A stretch of 64,000 bases of DNA from an uncultured Spirochaetota bacterium (GTDB lineage Bacteria; Spirochaetota; Brevinematia; Brevinematales; JAOACQ01). The stretch is from the NCBI GenBank assembly GCA_963835575.1, contig CAWIGG010000004.1:160001-224000 (forward strand), read 5' to 3'. Positions 50,428 to 59,999 of this stretch are shown here, one piece after another (position 1 is the stretch's first letter; each line of letters opens with the position of its first letter). Under the pieces are notes generated by a model, which saw only the letters and a program-made list of their open reading frames with translations, was not told where the DNA came from and ran no database searches. The translations under genes were made by a program, and so were the position numbers.

Positions 50428-51021
50428 CTACTTATCGTTCCCGTCCCCCATGACCTGCTTTTTGACATAATCCTCAAATTGAGGAGCCAACAGGTCCTGA
50501 GGGCACCATATCGGATAGCTGATCTCATGGATCCCTAAAAACTTGTGCCTGTGATGGACGTCGCAGAGTACCCAGAGATTGTCCTCGGAATGATCGACCC
50601 AGTCCTTGATTTCGTCCAATGTCATATCCTTTTTATAGACCGGGTTGTCCGGGTGGCGGTGAGCGAGATTGGGGCGCAGCGCCTTATTGAACCGCGCGGC
50701 GTCAATGGCGTTGGCTAGGGCCCATTCTATGATGTGATGGTGCGTCTCCATCGCCCGCGCGCCGTAGGTGTTTTCCTCCGGGTTTTTAAGCGTCGAGTTT
50801 TTCACTCCGCAAACCATACAGGGCAGATCGAGATCAATGCAGAGCTTTTTGTGCACCGCCGAATACTTGCTCGACTCCGTCCTCTTATCGTGGGCGGGAT
50901 AGAACGCCCGTTCATCAAGCTGCCTCCGGTTCTCATGGATATCCTTGACAACCTGCTGTGTCGCCAGCTGGTCATGGACCACCCTGGAATTGTCTGTGTA
51001 CCGGGAATGACTATTCTTCAT
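50428..51021 (-). CDS. HNH-like Zn-binding protein
   Basis: CMVCG...ETHHH...NLWVLCDVHH...GIH; GGAGG RBS. Confidence 0.65.
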   Translation of the reverse strand: MKNSHSRYTDNSRVVHDQLATQQVVKDIHENRRQLDERAFYPAHDKRTESSKYSAVHKKLCIDLDLPCMVCGVKNSTLKNPEENTYGARAMETHHHIIEWALANAIDAARFNKALRPNLAHRHPDNPVYKKDMTLDEIKDWVDHSEDNLWVLCDVHHRHKFLGIHEISYPIWCPQDLLAPQFEDYVKKQVMGDGNDK

Positions 51022-51255
51022 ACCGCACCTCCGTTATTTATGATTAACTGAAATCTGATTTTCTAATAAGACGGAGCTAATCTGATTCATTAAATATACT
51101 CTTAAAATTTGAAAAATGGAAATAAGGATGTTTTATTTTTTTGCCCATGGTAAGACTGCCTCTGCTTACTTTGGCGGCCACTGTAAAAAAAGTCATGACC
51201 CAATTAGCATATTACAATGCGAATCAAGTCATGACTCTTGAATAATAATTTTAAT

Positions 51256-51537
51256 TTACTCCTTTGCCATTCTGGAGATCCTGAACGTTACATATCCATG
51301 CGGGCAGAAGATGTCAAAATCGTCCTTTTCTTCCCATTCCAGTTTATCGGTCATCATCTTGGCAAAAGCCATAGGAAATATCGCCCCGAATGCCGTACTG
51401 CAGATTCCTTTTGAACCGCCGGGCGTCCTTCCGTCGATAATGTACTTTTCATCTTTTTGGGTCTGCGCTAATCCCGGGCATATCCCTGTTTCCGTTCTGA
51501 CTTCCACCGCCTCACACTTGATCGGATGTACTTTCAT
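51256..51537 (-). CDS. Small Cys-rich protein, TIGR04076-like
   Basis: G.CP, IC..AF, CP.G.VTF.ISR. Confidence 0.65.
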   Translation of the reverse strand: MKVHPIKCEAVEVRTETGICPGLAQTQKDEKYIIDGRTPGGSKGICSTAFGAIFPMAFAKMMTDKLEWEEKDDFDIFCPHGYVTFRISRMAKE

Positions 51538-51559
51538 GTTTATCCTCCTTACTTTATGG

Positions 51560-52084
51560 TTATTCAACACTATTTATTTTATAATTCTTTTTCGATAAAT
51601 AATTACCTAATAATATTGAGGAAATAATAATGAGCGGAATTGAAACAACATAACGGATTATGGTAAATTTAACTCCCAGATAAGAAGCTTCGAATACGGT
51701 CATTGGTATTCTGCAGGCGGAAGCCGCTCCGATAAAGGTAAAAATGACGCTTAACCGTGCTCCCTTCTTATGTAAAGATTGCGCTATCGGAAACGCGACA
51801 AACACCGGACCGACAATAGTCCCGCCTAATAAAACGGCCCAGATAAACCCTTTAAAACCTGATTTTTCACCTAAATGCTTTTTGATTATATCGCTGTCAA
51901 CCCAGACTTCGAAAAGTCCGATGAGAATGAAAGCGGCCGGCAAGACCTTCAGCAAATCCAGTGAATAATTTAAAAAATTATTACCGATATCTTTTCCCGG
52001 TTTAAAATTATTAACAAAAGATAAAATAATGAATACTATATAGGCAGCCGAAGCAAAAATTATCATAAAATATTTTTTCTTCAT
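51560..52084 (-). CDS. ArsP/DUF318-like half permease
   Basis: LIGLFEVWV, GP..VAFPIA..L.KKGA. Confidence 0.75.
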   Translation of the reverse strand: MKKKYFMIIFASAAYIVFIILSFVNNFKPGKDIGNNFLNYSLDLLKVLPAAFILIGLFEVWVDSDIIKKHLGEKSGFKGFIWAVLLGGTIVGPVFVAFPIAQSLHKKGARLSVIFTFIGAASACRIPMTVFEASYLGVKFTIIRYVVSIPLIIISSILLGNYLSKKNYKINSVE

Positions 52085-52563
52085 AAAAAGACCTCGCCGA
52101 AGAATATTCCAATGAATACAGCTACAATCAATGCTATTAAAAAAGATAAAATATTTCTTATTAAAGCCGCTTTAAATCCAAGATAAGCCTTTTCCAACGG
52201 AAAAGTGAGGACCCCCACCATCATCAATGTTGTGGTAAACGCTGAAATGACCATGTAACTCACGCCATTTCCCCTTAATATTCCTCCCAGCGGAAATGCA
52301 ATATAGCCCGGCATTAAACTGATGGAACCGATTAAGGCCGCAATTAAGGAACTGATGTAAATATTTTTATCATTGAAATATTTTGAAACAATATTTTGAG
52401 GAAATAAATAAAGAATAATTGATAATGTTATGATCATTGTTAATAAAGAAAGTGATATTCCCAGAAAACGTTGTAAAGCTATTTTCAATCCTTTCAATGT
52501 TTTCTTTTTATCCATTATGAATGACAAGATTACAGTAGCAATCGACATAATAATTAATATCAT
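52081..52563 (-). CDS. ArsP/DUF318-like half permease
   Basis: MPGYIAFPLG, TTLMMVG..TFPLE. Confidence 0.75.
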   Translation of the reverse strand: MILIIMSIATVILSFIMDKKKTLKGLKIALQRFLGISLSLLTMIITLSIILYLFPQNIVSKYFNDKNIYISSLIAALIGSISLMPGYIAFPLGGILRGNGVSYMVISAFTTTLMMVGVLTFPLEKAYLGFKAALIRNILSFLIALIVAVFIGIFFGEVFL

Positions 52564-52617
52564 TACATTAACCTTTTTTAGTTTATTTGCATATACTTAT
52601 ATTGTATATAAAAAAAA

Positions 52618-52977
52618 TTACGCTTCTTCTTCAATACAATTTATGGCATCGGAATTTGTTTTACATTGGTCCTTCATCTCGCAATCGACACTCAATTTCG
52701 AAATAACTTCATTGACTCTTATACCAAGCCTGTCCAGCGCTTCATTATTCACAGAATAGTGAATATGATATCCGATTCTATCCGCCTCAACCAGCCCGGC
52801 ATTTTTGAGTATCTTTAAATGTTGGGATACCGCCGGCTGGGTTATTCCCATTTTTTGAGCCAATATTCCCACACATAAGTTATTCTGATATGTTTTGATC
52901 AGCATTACCATCTTCAGCCTTGTCGGATCACTGAGTGCTTTAAAAAGGGCAGCCAATTCTTTGATATTTTTTTCCAT
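52618..52977 (-). CDS. ArsR/SmtB-family regulator
   Basis: FKALSDPTRL, LCVG, SQHLKILK; C-terminal Cys residues. Confidence 0.9.
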   Translation of the reverse strand: MEKNIKELAALFKALSDPTRLKMVMLIKTYQNNLCVGILAQKMGITQPAVSQHLKILKNAGLVEADRIGYHIHYSVNNEALDRLGIRVNEVISKLSVDCEMKDQCKTNSDAINCIEEEA

Positions 52978-52987
52978 AAAAATCTCC

Positions 52988-53038
52988 ATAAGTATATAAT
53001 AATATACCTATATTAATTTAATAAAATTATTTTGTCAA
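52988..53038 (-). promoter_or_regulatory. arsR promoter TTGACA-17-TAATAT with a 10-4-10 inverted-repeat operator
   Basis: ATAAGTATAT-N4-ATATACCTAT at 52988-53011; similar site at 52577-52600. Confidence 0.7.
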
Positions 53039-53144
53039 GAGTTTTTTAAAATATTTTATAAGTTTTTTATTTATTGAATTATAATCCTTCGTTAATTATA
53101 ATTATTCCAATCAATTAACAAAAATATATAATCGTGAGGTTTTT

Positions 53145-53942
53145 ATGCTGAAAAAACAGAGTCAGATTGCCCTAATACTTGTTTTAATAACTTTCACTTA
53201 TCTTTGGTCTCAAACTTTACAGGGCAAAAATACCCATCCGGTTTATTATTATATTTACAATGACCCGTTTGCAAGCCTTGAAGATATCATGCATCTTGTC
53301 TGCCCGCTGTACCCTGATGTTACAAACTTTCGTGTAGGGGAGTATTTATATGATCTCAATCCCGGAAAGCTTCGGATTTTTCCTCTCAACGACATAAAAA
53401 TAGATAATCAATCCCATGAAGGTATACTTGTTATAGGTTATTTGCCCAATAAAAATACCAATCAATGCGGACTGAGCTATTATATTGTCGCAAAAGTCAA
53501 CTGGAAACTCAAAATAGCCGCCAGCCTTGATGAAATATATCCCGAACCGGCAGGGGAAATTCGGCTGCTACCTGATTACTTATATAATCATAATGAATAT
53601 ATGTTTGCCCTGGGTTTTTATAACAATAACGTTGGTAACAAAGGCGGTACCCGGGAGGAAGAGGTTATCTGGTATCGTATTATTAATGAGCGTATAACAG
53701 AAGTGCTCCGGTATGAAAGAGAGCTCTATGAACATTATTATGACGGATTCCATGATAGACAATCATATACAACCTTGGATATAAATAATGGCACATATGA
53801 CAATTTTGGTTCTGCGGATTATGTAATGTACACAGTTAGCTACATTCTCCCGGACGATGATATATCGTTGAAGCCTGTGATAAAAACACAAATTTGTACC
53901 TGGAATGGAAAATATTATGAAAAGAAAGAGATTAAGAAATAA
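53145..53942 (+). CDS. Secreted hypothetical protein, Tyr-rich
   Basis: Signal peptide; GAGG RBS. Confidence 0.7.
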   Translation: MLKKQSQIALILVLITFTYLWSQTLQGKNTHPVYYYIYNDPFASLEDIMHLVCPLYPDVTNFRVGEYLYDLNPGKLRIFPLNDIKIDNQSHEGILVIGYLPNKNTNQCGLSYYIVAKVNWKLKIAASLDEIYPEPAGEIRLLPDYLYNHNEYMFALGFYNNNVGNKGGTREEEVIWYRIINERITEVLRYERELYEHYYDGFHDRQSYTTLDINNGTYDNFGSADYVMYTVSYILPDDDISLKPVIKTQICTWNGKYYEKKEIKK

Positions 53943-54029
53943 AAATATTATATTGTTTTTCAGCCCAATTTTCCGGATAGATATGACAAACAATCCGCGC
54001 TCATCCGCAGCCCGCCCCTTCCTGTGAAA

Positions 54030-54107
54030 TCATACCTTCCTGCTCTTGATAAACCACCCTGCCGCGGGAACGCAGAAGGCCGCAAAAATGGCTGTCAGCA
54101 TTCTCAT
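54030..54107 (-). pseudogene. Diverged 3' remnant of the MFS gene
   Basis: Encodes ..FAAFCVPAAGWFIK.. versus MFS ..FALFCVPAAGLFIR.. Confidence 0.75.
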
Positions 54108-54109
54108 TC

Positions 54110-55465
54110 TTATTTTAAAAGATTTTTTAGATCAGGAGAAGGATAATAATATTTATTTTTCCCTTGTTTTTCTGTGAGAAGGAAACCATGTGCACTTAAT
54201 AATTTTAAGTCATTTATCGCTGTTAATTTTGAAATCATATGGGTGTTTTTATGGATTGTCGGCGTTGTTTTTTCTTCCGGGTGCTCTATGAAATATTCCA
54301 GTAAATCCAACTGACGGGCATTGAGTCCGTATGTAATCTTAACATTCAGCATCGATTCACTCTGTTTTATTTTTTCCCGAGATTTTTTTAAGAAATAACC
54401 AAGGGAATCATTAATTTTTTGGATATTATAATTTATAAAATAGGTCAGGTCATTATCGTCCTGTTCGCTGTAAAGATAAGCGTTTTCATACTGCTTCCTG
54501 GATCTTAAAATCAAGTAAGAAAAGGACAGATAGGTAAAAATCCAGTAATCTTTTTTTATGAGGTGCCAGTAGAATAAAATCCGGGCTAGCCTTCCGTTTC
54601 CGTCGCAGAAAGGATGCAGATATCCAATCCAGAAATGGATCATGACCGCTTTTGCCACTGGATGGATAAATGACCCCGGATCCTCATCATTGGCAAACAT
54701 GATCAGGCGTTCTATCTCTTTCTCAACAAAATCCGCTTTCGGCGGTATAAAATAGATCGTTTCTCCATCATTTCCCATGACAACAATATTATCGGAGTCA
54801 TTCCGGAACCTTCCGATATCTTTTTGTTCCAGAGTATTTTTAGTCAATGTATCATGCATTTCCAGGAGCAGTTCTTTCGATAATTTCTTGTCCTTGTACT
54901 CTTCCTCAATGGACCGCATGGCCTGATAATTATTAAGGATCATCTGTTCCGACTTGTTAATCGGCTTTCTTCCGGATTTTATCAATTCCTTCGCCATTCT
55001 TCGCGTCGTGTTGGCACCCTCAATCTGGGAGGAAGTTATGGCTTCCTCAAGGATTCCCCGGGTTTTAAATCGATTCATTGTTTTTTTATCTAATTTTGCC
55101 TGTCCTAACACATCCGATCCGAAAGAACCGGCGAACTGTAAGTCTATAAAGTGAAAAAACTCCTCATAATGGGGAAGTTTTACCCACCTAAAGAATTCAC
55201 CTTTTTCATTTTTTACCGGCACTTCAACGGATGCCTCTTTCCTGTATTCTTTGATAGCTATCCATAAATCCTCTTTAACAACATCCGGCAGTTTGTATTT
55301 CAGTTTATCCCAGTAAAGATAATCCGGTCCAAAAGCTAAGGATTTGTATTCTTTATACTTTTGAGCTATTGCATATCTTAAAGCTGGTTCATCACTGGCT
55401 TTATAATCAGGAGGGAGCCTGAGATATTTTTTTAAATCAGGTTTTTCTATCTGGTATAACTTCAT
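54110..55465 (-). CDS. Fic-family protein with C-terminal wHTH
   Basis: HPFCDGNGRLAR catalytic motif; SSQIEG inhibitory helix. Confidence 0.92.
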   Translation of the reverse strand: MKLYQIEKPDLKKYLRLPPDYKASDEPALRYAIAQKYKEYKSLAFGPDYLYWDKLKYKLPDVVKEDLWIAIKEYRKEASVEVPVKNEKGEFFRWVKLPHYEEFFHFIDLQFAGSFGSDVLGQAKLDKKTMNRFKTRGILEEAITSSQIEGANTTRRMAKELIKSGRKPINKSEQMILNNYQAMRSIEEEYKDKKLSKELLLEMHDTLTKNTLEQKDIGRFRNDSDNIVVMGNDGETIYFIPPKADFVEKEIERLIMFANDEDPGSFIHPVAKAVMIHFWIGYLHPFCDGNGRLARILFYWHLIKKDYWIFTYLSFSYLILRSRKQYENAYLYSEQDDNDLTYFINYNIQKINDSLGYFLKKSREKIKQSESMLNVKITYGLNARQLDLLEYFIEHPEEKTTPTIHKNTHMISKLTAINDLKLLSAHGFLLTEKQGKNKYYYPSPDLKNLLK

Positions 55466-55708
55466 ATAAGCCCCAATAGGTACAATAATATTTTAATTAT
55501 ACCTATACTATACCTATTTGTCAATATTCAACAGGTATATTTTTATATATAACTTACCTATTATATACCAATAAAAGGATAATCAGCGCAAATCCGCCGT
55601 ATCCATGTCATCAGTGTTCACAATCGGATATTATAATGAAAGAATCTCTGATTTTTATTTTACAAAAAGAAATATATTTCCTTTCCCGTCTTCCCGACTT
55701 CCTGTGAA

Positions 55709-56857
55709 TTAACTCTTTTTCCTAATAAACAACCCTGCCGCGGGGACGCAGAACAACGCAAAGAGCGCCATGGAGATAAAGATCGATACCGTGCCGAAAA
55801 AGTCTCCGACAAGCCCGAACAAGGTGGAAACAAAAACGGTGCCGAATGTATAAAAAGCGATGAATGTATTGTTAAGGGAGAATTTTTCCCTGTCATGGCC
55901 TGAATCCACAAAGGCCGCACTGAGGACGGGATACAGGATCGAATGGCCCAGACCGTATAGAAGGCCGATGCCGTAGAGCTGCCATGGAAAATGAAGGACG
56001 GCCGTCAAAATCATCGAAAAGAATACCAAACCTGAGCCCAGCATGACAAGGTCCCTTTTCGAAGTCCGGTCGATAAACCTCGAAAATACCGCCCTGGAAA
56101 GAAAGGCGATCAAGGCGTTCGCAATAAAATAGGCCGAAAGGTTCGCCATCCCCAGCCTCTCTTTCGTGAAATTGGGAATAAACGTGGCCAGGACGCTCCA
56201 GCCTCCACCGACCATGATCCCGGCGATGATGAGAACAAACAGTTCTTTCCTCTTTATGACATCCCAGAATGAAATGCTGATATGGTCCTCTTTCTTCTGC
56301 TTTTCTTTCTGGATAAAGAAGACCAAAATAAGCGCCAGCAGGCAGAATAGCCATGAAAGCGCAAATAAATAGCGCGGATGAAGATATTTGACAATCAGTT
56401 CGCCGAAATAGGAACCGGCCGGGCCGGCCAGGACGCCTGAAAGGCCGAAGATCGCGATCCCGCCCGTCCTGTATTTTTGGGGGATGATCTCAAAGGCAAG
56501 GCCGGCGTTTATGGTAAATCCGAAAGCGTAGGAAAACGAAGCCAGAAACTGCATAAAGAGAAGGAACAGGAGATTCTCAGGGAACAGGAACATGAAAATG
56601 AGGGCGAAAAACTGCAGGATAAAGCCGGTGAGCAGAAGCTTTTTTTTATCCGCCCGGTCGGCCATTTTTGTGAAGAATACGACAAAAATGACCAGGACAA
56701 GCGAGCTCAGGTTCATGAAAAAACCGATAAAGCCTTTTGTCGCCCCCAGAGTGGTAAGATAAGGCGGCAGCATATTGAGAGAATTCCGCGTTGTAAAAAA
56801 GAAAAAATTCTCGAGAAACAATATTAAAAAAGCCGGGCTGAACAGAACTTTTTTCAT
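55709..56857 (-). CDS. MFS transporter
   Basis: About 12 TM segments; MADRADKK motif A-like. Confidence 0.85.
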   Translation of the reverse strand: MKKVLFSPAFLILFLENFFFFTTRNSLNMLPPYLTTLGATKGFIGFFMNLSSLVLVIFVVFFTKMADRADKKKLLLTGFILQFFALIFMFLFPENLLFLLFMQFLASFSYAFGFTINAGLAFEIIPQKYRTGGIAIFGLSGVLAGPAGSYFGELIVKYLHPRYLFALSWLFCLLALILVFFIQKEKQKKEDHISISFWDVIKRKELFVLIIAGIMVGGGWSVLATFIPNFTKERLGMANLSAYFIANALIAFLSRAVFSRFIDRTSKRDLVMLGSGLVFFSMILTAVLHFPWQLYGIGLLYGLGHSILYPVLSAAFVDSGHDREKFSLNNTFIAFYTFGTVFVSTLFGLVGDFFGTVSIFISMALFALFCVPAAGLFIRKKS

Positions 56858-57029
56858 AATAAATGTTAAAACCTGTATAACTGTATAATTTAATTATTGA
56901 GAATTAATGTGATTAAAAAGCTCAAGAGGAATAGTTTAAGATAAACGGCTTAAAATCGCAAAATAATACTTCTTGCCCGTCTGTTCTGATAGATTTTATT
57001 ATTAAAAGCTTATCAATAACCCTTTTTTT

Positions 57030-57058
57030 TTGACAACCGGTTAAAAGATTCTTAAAAT
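57030..57058 (+). promoter_or_regulatory. sigma70 promoter TTGACA-17-TAAAAT
   Basis: Upstream of the ankyrin gene. Confidence 0.6.
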
Positions 57059-57086
57059 CATATCTTATGATTCCGGAGGTCGATCT

Positions 57087-57926
57087 ATGAAAAGAACAAT
57101 GATACTATTTCTGGCAATATTAATCCCGGCGGTATACGGATTTTCGCTGACAGCCGATGAGGACCAGCTGCTCAAAGCGGCGAAAAGCGGCGACACGGTA
57201 TTACTAAAGCAATTGATTAAAAAAGGCATCAACCTGAACGTCAGGGAACAGGACGGCACAACGGCATTGATGTGGTCTGCCTGGAACGGACAGGCGGAAG
57301 CGGTGGACGCGCTGCTCAACACACGGGGTTTTTTCGAGAAGCTTTCCCGCGGAGGAGTTGATGTAAACGCTCAAAATGGTTATAAAGTCACGGCGCTGCT
57401 TATGTCCGCGGGGACCAACAACTGGGATACCATCGACAGATTAAAAATAATGAATTTGCTCCTGAAAGCAGGGGCCGATGTGAACGCCAGGGACGATTCG
57501 GGCTGGACGGCCCTTATGGGAGCCGCATATGCCGGACGGCTGCAGGCTGTAAAACTCCTGCTGGAAAGCCGGGGATTTTTCTCAAAAATCACCGGCCAGG
57601 GAATTAAGTTAAACGTGATCAATAGTTACGGCATGTCCGCCCTGCTTCTTTCGACCGGGACAACAGTCTGGGGTTCCGATGAGCAGCTGCAGATTTTAGA
57701 CTTGATCCTGAAAGCGGGAGCGGATCCGGATATTAGAGACAGGAACGACCTGACGGCTTTGATGACCGCAAGTATGACCGGAAGGATTGAAGCGGTTAAA
57801 CTGCTTCTTAAGGCCCATGCCAATATAAATTTGACGGCCCACAACAGTAAAACGGCCTTGATGTTTGCCCTGGACAATAAACACAATGATATAGCCAATC
57901 TGCTTAAAGCGCTTGGAACAAAGTAA
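57087..57926 (+). CDS. Secreted ankyrin-repeat protein
   Basis: G.TALM.A repeats, GADVN; signal peptide. Confidence 0.9.
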   Translation: MKRTMILFLAILIPAVYGFSLTADEDQLLKAAKSGDTVLLKQLIKKGINLNVREQDGTTALMWSAWNGQAEAVDALLNTRGFFEKLSRGGVDVNAQNGYKVTALLMSAGTNNWDTIDRLKIMNLLLKAGADVNARDDSGWTALMGAAYAGRLQAVKLLLESRGFFSKITGQGIKLNVINSYGMSALLLSTGTTVWGSDEQLQILDLILKAGADPDIRDRNDLTALMTASMTGRIEAVKLLLKAHANINLTAHNSKTALMFALDNKHNDIANLLKALGTK

Positions 57927-57987
57927 TTAGCTGTTAGCTTTTAGCTTTTAGCGGTTGGCGGCTAAAAGCTAGATGCTAACTAACAGC
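57927..57987. repeat. Inverted 7-bp periodic repeat (TTAGCTT/GCTAA)
   Basis: Same family as 14128-14195. Confidence 0.65.
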
Positions 57988-58043
57988 ACGGAATGAAGTA
58001 AAAATACTGGAATATATATAATTTATTTAACAGCTTAAGATTT

Positions 58044-58087
58044 CACACACTAAGTCCGTCATTGACGGACTTAGTGTGTGTTTTTTT
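58044..58087 (+). terminator. Perfect hairpin plus T tract
   Basis: CACACACTAAGTCCGTCA-T-TGACGGACTTAGTGTGTG followed by TTTTTTT. Confidence 0.75.
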
Positions 58088-58096
58088 CAGCAAGCC

Positions 58097-58555
58097 CTAT
58101 TTATAAAAAATAGAACTGAGAGCCAATACTATTGACAGACATGAAATGGCCAGAATGCAGACGACGGAAAAGATATTCGCCAGTTTTGAATTCACATATT
58201 CGCCCATCACCTTCCTGTCATTAATAATAAAGAGCATGGCGATCAGGACAACGCTGTTGACAAACTGGGAAAACCACATGATCATAATAAGCGGAAGGTT
58301 TGGAAAAAGGACCACAACAGAACCGATAACGATGAGGAATGTATAAAGAAGATAAAACTGCGGCGCCTCTGAAAATTTTTTATCCACGCCTGTCTCCCAG
58401 CCGAAGCTTTCGCTGACGCTGAACGCCGTCGACAGCGGCAGAATGGACGCGGCAAATAAGGACGCGTTCAGTAGCCCGAAGGCGAATAAAAGCGCGTTGT
58501 ATTCCCCGGCTATGGGCTTGAGGGCGATTGCCGCGTCGGCGGCTGTCTGGATATA
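58097..58555 (-). pseudogene. 3' remnant of a second Nramp-family gene
   Basis: DAAIALKP...FAFGL...KKFSEAPQFY; no 5' part, in-frame stop upstream at 58556-58558. Confidence 0.85.
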
Positions 58556-58713
58556 TTATAAAATGGCAATATTGTTTATCAAGCTCATAAATCAATTATT
58601 TTTTAATAGTTTGAAAATTTATTATCAGCACATTAGAATAATACTGTAGGTTTTCCTCACATTAATTAATTATTATCTAATTAAAGTTTGCTTTTTGCTT
58701 GAAGGTAATCAAA

Positions 58714-59991
58714 ATGCATTATGATAAAAATTCTGTTTATCTTTCAAACCTGATCCAATTTTCTATAAAAGTCGGCGCTCACAATAAAAAAATCGGCAGG
58801 GTTATTGACGTTTCTGCAAGCCTTAAACAGGCTTATCCTAAAGTATCCGGCATCATGATCAAAAGAAAAAAAAATGAAACCTTATATATTCCCTGGTCAA
58901 ATGTAAAAAAAGTATATATTAAAGGGAAAACTATTTTTATAAAGGATGTTCCTTTAAAATCCAATCTTCCGAAAAACTTTTCAGAAAATGAAATTATGAT
59001 TAAAGCAACTTTTCTGGATAAGCAGATAGTTGATATTTCGGGTTCCAAGGTAGTCCGGGTAAATGACCTTCATTTTTTTATTGAGAATGAAAACTTATGG
59101 CTTATTCATATTGACGTTGGAATTAAAGGATTATTAAGAAGACTGGGCTGGCTTAAATTTTTTAACGGTTTAACGCAATGGCTTCTTTCCAGGGAAATTA
59201 AAGACAAATTTATTCCATGGAAATATTCTCAGCCTATCGGCACGACAAATATCCATGGGGCCCTCTCCCTGAAAATATCCTCAGCGAGTTTATCTGAAAT
59301 CCATCCGGCCGACCTGGCTGATATATTAGAGGACCTTGGATATGACGAAAGGCTTCTTTTATTTCATTCGCTTGATTACCCGACCTCTGCGAAAACCTTA
59401 CAGGAATTGCCTCTTTCAATGCGCACCCAAATAGCAGAAGAAATACCGCCGGGGCGTTTCGCGAATATTATTAATGAAATGGCGATAGACGAGGTCGTTG
59501 ACCTTCTTGACAAACTTCCGCAAGAGAAAATTGAGCAGTTATATATGTCGCTTCCGATGGAAAAGGTTGTTGAAATAGAAGAGCTGTTGTCTCAATCCGG
59601 AAGCGGCGCCGGCAGCCTTATGAATACGGAATTTATCGCGGTGAATAAAAAATTCACCGTCAAGAAAGTTTTGAATTTGATCAAAAAAGAATACAGTAAG
59701 GCCGAATCCATATATTATATTTATGTCGTTGATGACAATCAAATCCTTATCGGCGTCGTCACGCTCAGGGACCTCCTCATGTCAGGGCCTGAAACAGCCG
59801 TTTTTGACATTATGCGGGAAAGCATAGTTAAAATCGATATTCATGAAAAAGTCAGAAGGATCGCAAAAATTTTTTTTAAATATAATTTCAATGTTGTTCC
59901 GGTTGTTGATAAACATGGTGTGATAAAGGGAATCATTTCCATGAAAGATGCTCTGGAACAGGTTTTCCCGGAAATGAGGGATGATTCTTAA
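58714..59991 (+). CDS. MgtE-N/CBS cytoplasmic protein with PRC-like N-terminus (no membrane domain)
   Basis: LDKQIVDI.G.KVVRVND, HPADLADILE, AGSLMNTEF, CBS pair. Confidence 0.85.
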   Translation: MHYDKNSVYLSNLIQFSIKVGAHNKKIGRVIDVSASLKQAYPKVSGIMIKRKKNETLYIPWSNVKKVYIKGKTIFIKDVPLKSNLPKNFSENEIMIKATFLDKQIVDISGSKVVRVNDLHFFIENENLWLIHIDVGIKGLLRRLGWLKFFNGLTQWLLSREIKDKFIPWKYSQPIGTTNIHGALSLKISSASLSEIHPADLADILEDLGYDERLLLFHSLDYPTSAKTLQELPLSMRTQIAEEIPPGRFANIINEMAIDEVVDLLDKLPQEKIEQLYMSLPMEKVVEIEELLSQSGSGAGSLMNTEFIAVNKKFTVKKVLNLIKKEYSKAESIYYIYVVDDNQILIGVVTLRDLLMSGPETAVFDIMRESIVKIDIHEKVRRIAKIFFKYNFNVVPVVDKHGVIKGIISMKDALEQVFPEMRDDS

Positions 59992-59999
59992 AAAAATAT

